Of a stretch of 40,210 nt of DNA, positions 36,304-40,210 are shown in pieces. The notes under the pieces were generated by a model that saw nothing but the letters and a program-made list of their open reading frames with translations, was not told the origin of the DNA and did no database searches. The stretch comes from a virus. Position 1 is the stretch's first letter; each line of letters begins with the position of its first letter. A program made the position numbers and the translations under genes. The stretch is taken from positions 1-40,210 of the IMG/VR virus record IMGVR_UViG_3300009964_000014. One strand, written 5' to 3'.

Positions 36304-37119
36304 ATGGCAGAAATTTATAGCAGTTATTTTCAACAAGGGATTTTCTTTACACCGCCAAAAAACAGCGTTAGTTTTGTGGTAATTCACAATGACGCAGGAG
36401 GGAACACAGCTCGACAATATGACGCATTTTTAACAGATAGAGTTAATAACGGAACTCTTTCAAATGGTTTTGCAGCTTATTATGTAGACCGTAATGACGT
36501 TTACGTTTTCCAACCAACTAACCGCCAAGAATGGCACACAGCTAATGCGTATGGTAATGCTAACGGTGTAGGTATTGAAGTGTGTCAATCAATGACAGCG
36601 AGTGACGAAGACTTCTTAGCAAATGAAGACGCAGCATTACTATTAGCAGCAGAAGTGCTAGATTCTTATGGTTTACCTATTAACTCTGATACAGTTAAAT
36701 TACATCATGAGTTTAGCGCTACAGCGTGTCCGCACCGTTCAATGAAATTACACGCAAACGGAGGATCTTATAATGGAGCAGGTACTGAAGCGTGTAGAGA
36801 GTACTTTATAGACCGCATGAAAAAGCTATATAGCGGAGAAATCAAAGTAGGAGATACTACTAACGTTGCAGAAGTTGTAGAAAAATCAATCTTAGATGAA
36901 GATGTAACACTTGAGAAAAGCGACACACCATATTACGAAGCTACAGTATCTATAGACTACTACCTAGAAAGTCAACCAGACCTTAACAGCGAGGACAAAG
37001 AGTTTGTAGCAGCTGGTACTAGAGTTCGAGTTTATGAGAAAAAAGACGGTTGGAGCCGTGTTAACTACAAAGATTCAGACCAATGGATTGAAGATAAATA
37101 TTTAACAGAAGTTGAATAA
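36304..37119 (+). CDS. Endolysin: N-acetylmuramoyl-L-alanine amidase (Amidase_2) with a C-terminal SH3-like wall-binding domain
   Basis: VVIHNDAGG...EWHTANAYGNANGVGIEVCQS...LHHEFSATACPHRS supplies the Zn ligands. The C-terminus is GTRVRVYEKKDGWSRVNY. Confidence 0.85.
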   Translation: MAEIYSSYFQQGIFFTPPKNSVSFVVIHNDAGGNTARQYDAFLTDRVNNGTLSNGFAAYYVDRNDVYVFQPTNRQEWHTANAYGNANGVGIEVCQSMTASDEDFLANEDAALLLAAEVLDSYGLPINSDTVKLHHEFSATACPHRSMKLHANGGSYNGAGTEACREYFIDRMKKLYSGEIKVGDTTNVAEVVEKSILDEDVTLEKSDTPYYEATVSIDYYLESQPDLNSEDKEFVAAGTRVRVYEKKDGWSRVNYKDSDQWIEDKYLTEVE

Positions 37120-37166
37120 TGTGATATAATATACATAGATGAATATTTTTCATATGTATTCCCTAA

Positions 37167-37198
37167 AAGCCTACCTAATTTGGTAGGCTTCTTTTTTT
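37167..37198 (+). terminator. Intrinsic terminator of the late operon
   Basis: AAGCCTACC-TAATTT-GGTAGGCTT followed by CTTTTTTT. A second hairpin precedes it at 37131..37159. Confidence 0.8.
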
Positions 37199-37272
37199 AT
37201 GCCTAAATTTCCTTTACAATGGCAATTTTTAAAAATTTCTATTAAAAAATTAAAAAAAGTTTAAAAAATCTA

Positions 37273-37301
37273 TTGACTTTATACCTTATATAGAGTATAA
37301 T
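37273..37301 (+). promoter_or_regulatory. Near-consensus sigma-A promoter of the post-lysin cassette
   Basis: TTGACT 37273..37278, a 17-nt spacer, and TATAAT 37296..37301. Confidence 0.65.
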
Positions 37302-37324
37302 AATAAATGTAAGGAGGTGAAACA

Positions 37325-37456
37325 GTGAACAAACGCAAGAAACTAAAAAATAAAAAAGAAGATTCTCAACAAACAAATCTAATAAGACTATCGATAATAC
37401 TCGCTATATTACAGATAATAAAGTCTTTAATAGATTTAATTGTAAAAATCTTCTAA
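37325..37456 (+). CDS. 43-aa peptide: basic N-terminus plus hydrophobic C-terminal helix
   Basis: AAGGAGG sits 7 nt before GTG 37325. The product is (M)NKRKKLKNKKEDSQQTNLIRLSIILAILQIIKSLIDLIVKIF. Below the ORF-track cut-off. Confidence 0.5.
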   Translation: MNKRKKLKNKKEDSQQTNLIRLSIILAILQIIKSLIDLIVKIF

Positions 37457-37515
37457 ATCAAAAAGGGAACGGGGTTGAAAAACCCCAAGTACCTTGCTTA
37501 TGTTCACATTATATC

Positions 37516-37608
37516 ATGAAAAAAGAAAAAATACAAAAAATACAAATGGTGATATTGGTATTTGGAATTATAGCAACGATAATTTCAATAGTTTTAAGTT
37601 TTTTATAG
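37516..37608 (+). CDS. 30-aa short hydrophobic peptide (tentative)
   Basis: MKKEKIQKIQMVILVFGIIATIISIVLSFL. It ends 10 nt before the next gene. No clear Shine-Dalgarno, so coding status is uncertain. Confidence 0.3.
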   Translation: MKKEKIQKIQMVILVFGIIATIISIVLSFL

Positions 37609-37618
37609 AGGTGTAAAA

Positions 37619-38095
37619 ATGGATAAAATAATTAAAGAAATAGAAGAATTATTAAAAAGTGATGTTACAGATTACAGAATTTCTAAAGATACTGGAATTA
37701 CATTAAGTGTTATCCAAAATTACAGAAGTGGTAAATACGCATTAGAGAATATGACATTAAAAATAGCTAAAAAATTATACGAATACAAGGAGAGATTAGA
37801 CATGAGAAACTATGATAAAATGATGACAATAATAAATGAGTTAGTATTAGAAGAGGGAGCATGGGTTGATTTTTGGTTTGAAGATAAACCAAACGACATT
37901 ACAACATCTAACAGTATAGAAGAGTTAAAAAGCCATTTAGGGCATTTAGAAGAAGATGACTACGAACGTTTAATATTTCAAGTAAACTTTGATGATGAAA
38001 ATCTGGATAGAAATTATCAATTTTACTTTAGCGAATATGAAGATGTAGTTAACAAAAATGAGTTCGTGTTAAGTTGCTTACACAACACAAGATAA
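37619..38095 (+). CDS. HTH (XRE-like) N-domain protein with an acidic C-terminal domain of unknown function
   Basis: YRISKDTGITLSVIQNYRSGKYALENMTLKIAKKL is the HTH. The C-terminal half is rich in D/E/F/W (AWVDFWFEDKPND...EEDDYERLIFQVNFDDENLD). GAGGTG RBS. Confidence 0.6.
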   Translation: MDKIIKEIEELLKSDVTDYRISKDTGITLSVIQNYRSGKYALENMTLKIAKKLYEYKERLDMRNYDKMMTIINELVLEEGAWVDFWFEDKPNDITTSNSIEELKSHLGHLEEDDYERLIFQVNFDDENLDRNYQFYFSEYEDVVNKNEFVLSCLHNTR

Positions 38096-38102
38096 AATTT
38101 AG

Positions 38103-38129
38103 GAGGTAGTAAAAAAACTACCTCTTTTA
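38103..38129 (+). terminator. Intrinsic terminator of the cassette
   Basis: GAGGTAGT-AAAAAA-ACTACCTC followed by TTTT. Confidence 0.75.
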
Positions 38130-38194
38130 TATTTCTTGAATCTATGTTATTATATAAAAGTAAACCATTAATCAATGGTAAAGACACCATAAAA

Positions 38195-38217
38195 AAAGGG
38201 CAGAAAAAGGACAAAAT
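38195..38217 (+). repeat. Paired direct repeat AAAGGGCA / AAAGGACA with 11-bp phasing (candidate integrase arm site, left)
   Basis: AAAGGGCAGAAAAAGGACAAAAT. A near-identical block lies at 38388..38411. Confidence 0.5.
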
Positions 38218-38239
38218 CTTTCAAAATAGCACGTTTTAT

Positions 38240-38314
38240 TGAAATGAAATGAAGCTAAAAACACGTTAAAACAAGCATTTTTGAACACTTTTGAAATGTT
38301 GTGAAATGAAATGA
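38240..38314 (+). repeat. Two copies of TGAAATGAAATGA (38240..38252 and 38302..38314) inside the putative attP
   Basis: Exact 13-nt direct repeat 62 bp apart. TTGAAATG occurs again at 38291..38298. Confidence 0.6.
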
Positions 38315-38387
38315 TTAGGTTTCCCATATATGAAACATAAATAAACAAACCTTATTATATCAAGTTTAACAAGTTGTAAGGTAGAAT

Positions 38388-38411
38388 AAAAGGGCAAGAA
38401 AAGGGCAAAAT
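38388..38411 (+). repeat. Paired direct repeat AAAGGGCA / AAAGGGCA with 11-bp phasing (candidate integrase arm site, right)
   Basis: AAAAGGGCAAGAAAAGGGCAAAAT, in the same orientation as 38195..38217. Confidence 0.5.
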
Positions 38412-38425
38412 AAGGTAAAAACAAA

Positions 38426-38458
38426 AGACTAGCATTTAATTTAATGTTAGTCTTTTTT
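38426..38458 (-). terminator. Intrinsic terminator of the integrase gene (bidirectional hairpin)
   Basis: AGACTAGCA...TGTTAGTCT with T-runs on both strands, directly adjacent to the int stop codon. Confidence 0.7.
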
Positions 38459-38460
38459 AT

Positions 38461-39537
38461 TTAGAATGATATATCCTTGAATAAATCAAACTCTTTCTTT
38501 TGACTTTTTCTAGTCTTATGAATATATATCCGTTGTGTAACCTTAGTGTCTTCGTGTCCTAACCTCTTTGAGATATATTCAATAGGTATTCCCTTATCAA
38601 TGCACAAACTAGCGTGAGTATGTCTTAAACTATGAATCTTAAAATTAATACTTACTAGCTTTTTTAAACCTTTTCTGAAATGACTAGGTATAATGTAATT
38701 GCCATGTAGATTAGGGAATATTAAATTTTTATCGTTGTTGTAAGTCTTGTATATAATCTGATAGTTAGCTTTTAATCTTTTTTGGCTTTCTAGTATATCT
38801 AAACATTTCTGATTGAGTGATATTTTTCTATTACTACTTTTAGTCTTAGGTGTGTTAATACCTCCGTTGATATTCCATGTTTTATTTATTGATAAGATGT
38901 TTCCCTCTACATCATTAAATGTTAGTGCTATTAACTCCCCAAAACGTAAGCCAGTATTTACAAGAAACTCAATTACATTTCTGTAGTAGGGATAGTCTTT
39001 TAACTCATCTAGGATTAAGTCAATCTCTTCTTGCTCTAAATACTTTGTTTCTTCTTTTACTACTTGTTTTTTCTTTTGCAGCTTTTCAAGAAAAGATATA
39101 TCTTGAATGTAGTCTAACCTATACAAAATCTTGATAAAAGTTTTAATACAGCCTAAATGAGCGTTATAGTTCACATCTGACACAGCTATATCATCAAGAA
39201 TATTTAGAATGTAGTTAGCGTTAACTTTGTTTAACGGTGTATCGCTGCATAACCTTTTAATCTTTTTCATAGTAGTGGCATATTGCACTTGTGTGTTAGG
39301 TTTGATATTTTTAAAATGTTTTTCTTTAATAATGTCAAAGGATTCAAAGAAAGTAATTGTATTATCTATTACTGCAGATTCTTCTAACTCTCTTAATCTT
39401 AATATCTCTATTGCAGTTTTTCTATTGCTTCTTGTATCTTTATCAAACAATACAGAAATCTTTTTATACTTGCCATTTAACAGCTTTATTCTTTCATAAT
39501 ACCTTACTTTTCCGTTTTTAGTAGTTTCTATCCACAC
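38461..39537 (-). CDS. int: Tyrosine integrase with an N-terminal arm-type DNA-binding domain
   Basis: Catalytic residues: R in TGLRFGEL, HSLRHTH, and LGHEDTKVTQRIYIH (H and Y). The N-terminus WIETTKNGKVRYYERIK is typical. The second in-frame GTG (39537), about 10 nt after AAAGGA, is preferred over the track start at 39546. Confidence 0.9.
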   Translation of the reverse strand: MWIETTKNGKVRYYERIKLLNGKYKKISVLFDKDTRSNRKTAIEILRLRELEESAVIDNTITFFESFDIIKEKHFKNIKPNTQVQYATTMKKIKRLCSDTPLNKVNANYILNILDDIAVSDVNYNAHLGCIKTFIKILYRLDYIQDISFLEKLQKKKQVVKEETKYLEQEEIDLILDELKDYPYYRNVIEFLVNTGLRFGELIALTFNDVEGNILSINKTWNINGGINTPKTKSSNRKISLNQKCLDILESQKRLKANYQIIYKTYNNDKNLIFPNLHGNYIIPSHFRKGLKKLVSINFKIHSLRHTHASLCIDKGIPIEYISKRLGHEDTKVTQRIYIHKTRKSQKKEFDLFKDISF

Positions 39538-39560
39538 TTTTAACACGTCCTTTCAGTAAA

Positions 39561-39589
39561 TTGACTAACTAATAAAAGTATGTTATAAT
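39561..39589 (+). promoter_or_regulatory. Near-consensus promoter with an extended -10, pointing away from int
   Basis: TTGACT 39561..39566, a 17-nt spacer, then TGT-TATAAT (TATAAT at 39584..39589). Confidence 0.65.
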
Positions 39590-39595
39590 TAATAT

Positions 39596-39725
39596 ATGAT
39601 GAGGGTTGTAGCATACCTCGACATATTTTAATTACTAGTGTTAGTATATGTCAAAGACTATGTTTAAAATCGATTAGAGGACTATGTCCACCGTGAAAGT
39701 AGCGACAGTCGACCGCTACTTTTTT
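39596..39725 (+). ncRNA. Candidate ~130-nt non-coding RNA bounded by a promoter and an intrinsic terminator
   Basis: The predicted start is about 7 nt after the -10. A 5' hairpin lies at 39594..39626 (ATATG-A-TGAGG / CCTCG-A-CATAT). The terminator is AGTAGCG-N9-CGCTACT plus TTTTTTCTTTT (39698..39725). Only 8-10 codon ORFs without RBS lie inside. Confidence 0.35.
39625..39654 (-). promoter_or_regulatory. Candidate integrase promoter
   Basis: On the minus strand, TTGACA (39649..39654), an 18-nt spacer, and TAAAAT (39625..39630). It faces the plus-strand promoter. Confidence 0.4.
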
Positions 39726-39772
39726 CTTTTAAAGCCGTTTATTTTATATAAAACAGGCTTTATTTTTTTATT

Positions 39773-40210
39773 TTATTTCACATCTAATTTAATTATTTTC
39801 TTACCACTAGTTGACATAAAAGGCTGTACTTCTAATTCTAAAGAGCCTTCTTCATTTACCGCAAATGCATGAGTTGCATTTTCTAGTGTTCTATTAGGAG
39901 AAAGGCTATTTAAAGTAACTTGAATAGGATATGATTCAGCTTTTTTTCCATTAACATATAAACTCAATTCCATTCCTATTGGAAGGTCTTTATCTGAAAG
40001 GTTTTTAATATCGTATGTTACAAGTAGAACTTTTTTAGCAGGTTTACTTTCAAAACCGTTTCTTTCATCTGTCCAAGTCGCAGATTTTACTGTAATTTCT
40101 GCTTGTTTATCAAAAACAATAGGTGTTCCTAACTTAGGCTCATTACTAGTTTTCTTTTCTTCTTTTTGTTCAGTTTTATTAGAAGATGAACTAGTCTCTG
40201 TTTTTGAAGA
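39773..40210 (-). CDS. Lipoprotein, C-terminal part (Ig-like/DUF4352-type domain); continues at 190..1 through the duplicated end
   Basis: The frame stays open from 40210 down to TAA at 39775..39773. It contains the track ORF MELSLYVNGKKAESYP... and the upstream ...VKSATWTDERNGFESKPAKKVLLVTYDIKNLSDKDLPIG. 40084..40210 duplicates 1..127. Confidence 0.8.
   Translation of the reverse strand, partial: SSKTETSSSSNKTEQKEEKKTSNEPKLGTPIVFDKQAEITVKSATWTDERNGFESKPAKKVLLVTYDIKNLSDKDLPIGMELSLYVNGKKAESYPIQVTLNSLSPNRTLENATHAFAVNEEGSLELEVQPFMSTSGKKIIKLDVK
40084..40210. repeat. Second copy of the 127-nt terminal duplication
   Basis: Identical to 1..127. Confidence 0.95.

Noticed and set aside
37325-37456. 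The 43-aa peptide read as an arbitrium AimP-type signal
   Set aside because: AimP has an N-terminal secretion signal followed by a hydrophilic pro-peptide, and a large TPR receptor gene (aimR) sits next to it. Here the hydrophobic segment runs to the C-terminus and no TPR receptor is present. Only the looser resemblance to short hydrophobic peptides is kept, as a hypothesis.
357-39499. Other short ORF-track entries antisense to or nested in clear genes (for example 357..551, 2807..3004, 3600..3881, 4511..4711, 5684..5917, 6794..6997, 9183..9365, 12422..12604, 16214..16444, 18315..18560, 18843..19052, 19265..19480, 20248..20454, 22710..22913, 23675..24001, 28436..28621, 29195..29482, 29877..30065, 30103..30354, 31230..31448, 32319..32579, 34903..35106, 35322..35646, 36178..36417, 38023..38214, 38919..39134, 39227..39499)
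   Set aside because: Each overlaps a longer, functionally recognisable or well-packed gene on the other strand. They lack Shine-Dalgarno sequences, and their Ser/Leu/Phe-rich translations are typical of the antisense of AT-rich coding DNA.
39684-39872. 62-aa plus-strand ORF (MSTVKVATVDRYFFLL...)
   Set aside because: It starts without an RBS, runs straight through the intrinsic terminator hairpin and T-run, and then lies antisense to the lipoprotein gene. Its Phe/Leu/Ile-rich translation is typical antisense noise.
1-40210. The 127-nt end repeats read as attL/attR of an integrated prophage, or as true direct terminal repeats
   Set aside because: The repeat lies inside an ORF that is continuous across the junction. 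The window contains no host-like flanks. An attP-like region and int are internal, and the terminase is of the headful (PBSX) type. The repeats also coincide exactly with the window ends and with a standard k-mer length. The attL/attR and terminal-repeat readings are still listed under the circularity finding as the outcomes that would refute it.
1-40210. tRNA genes, CRISPR arrays, transposases/IS elements, and recognisable defence systems (RM, CBASS, retron, Abi, TA pairs)
   Set aside because: A visual scan found no T-loop or acceptor-stem patterns and no regularly spaced 25-40-nt repeats with unique spacers. It also found no DDE or serine recombinase ORF besides the tyrosine integrase, and no reverse transcriptase, cyclase, nuclease-NTPase or similar effector-sized accessory genes. 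A proper tRNAscan/HMM search could still overturn this.

Overview
The window is a complete temperate, siphovirus-type phage genome from an AT-rich Firmicute, about one-third G+C by eye. Its two ends overlap: bases 1..127 are identical to 40084..40210, so the non-redundant unit is 40,083 bp and is probably circularly closed. One lipoprotein gene reads across the junction. Gene order is classical. Lysogeny module, minus strand: tyrosine integrase 38461..39537, lipoprotein 39773..190 (wrapping), and a CI-like HTH/S24 repressor 260..901. It faces a Cro-like gene across a repeat-rich operator region. A long plus-strand block follows. It holds early, recombination and replication genes: dimeric dUTPase-like, Erf, PD-(D/E)XK exonuclease, SSB, an initiator with five in-gene iterons, RusA, an orphan N6-adenine methyltransferase, YopX and several extra HTH proteins. 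Next come about 10 small ORFans, a sortase-anchored Cna-like adhesin, and an ArpU/sigma-like late regulator. Then packaging (TerS, TerL), head, tail (1194-aa tape measure, Dit, Tal), three fibre or receptor-binding genes, a phiLC3-type holin and an Amidase_2/SH3 endolysin. Between the endolysin and the integrase lie a self-contained promoter-to-terminator cassette (two tiny membrane peptides plus an HTH/acidic protein) and a repeat-rich non-coding stretch that I read as attP. No tRNA, rRNA, CRISPR array or transposase was seen. No recognisable multi-gene defence system is present. The items most worth follow-up are the lysin-int cassette, a phage gene interrupted by a single in-frame TGA next to a Cys codon, the phage-borne LAATG adhesin, a near-consensus promoter driving a roughly 130-nt terminator-bounded RNA head-on into the integrase promoter, and a long leader with an intrinsic terminator in front of terS. 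All functional calls come from motif recognition by eye and memory of protein families. No searches were run.
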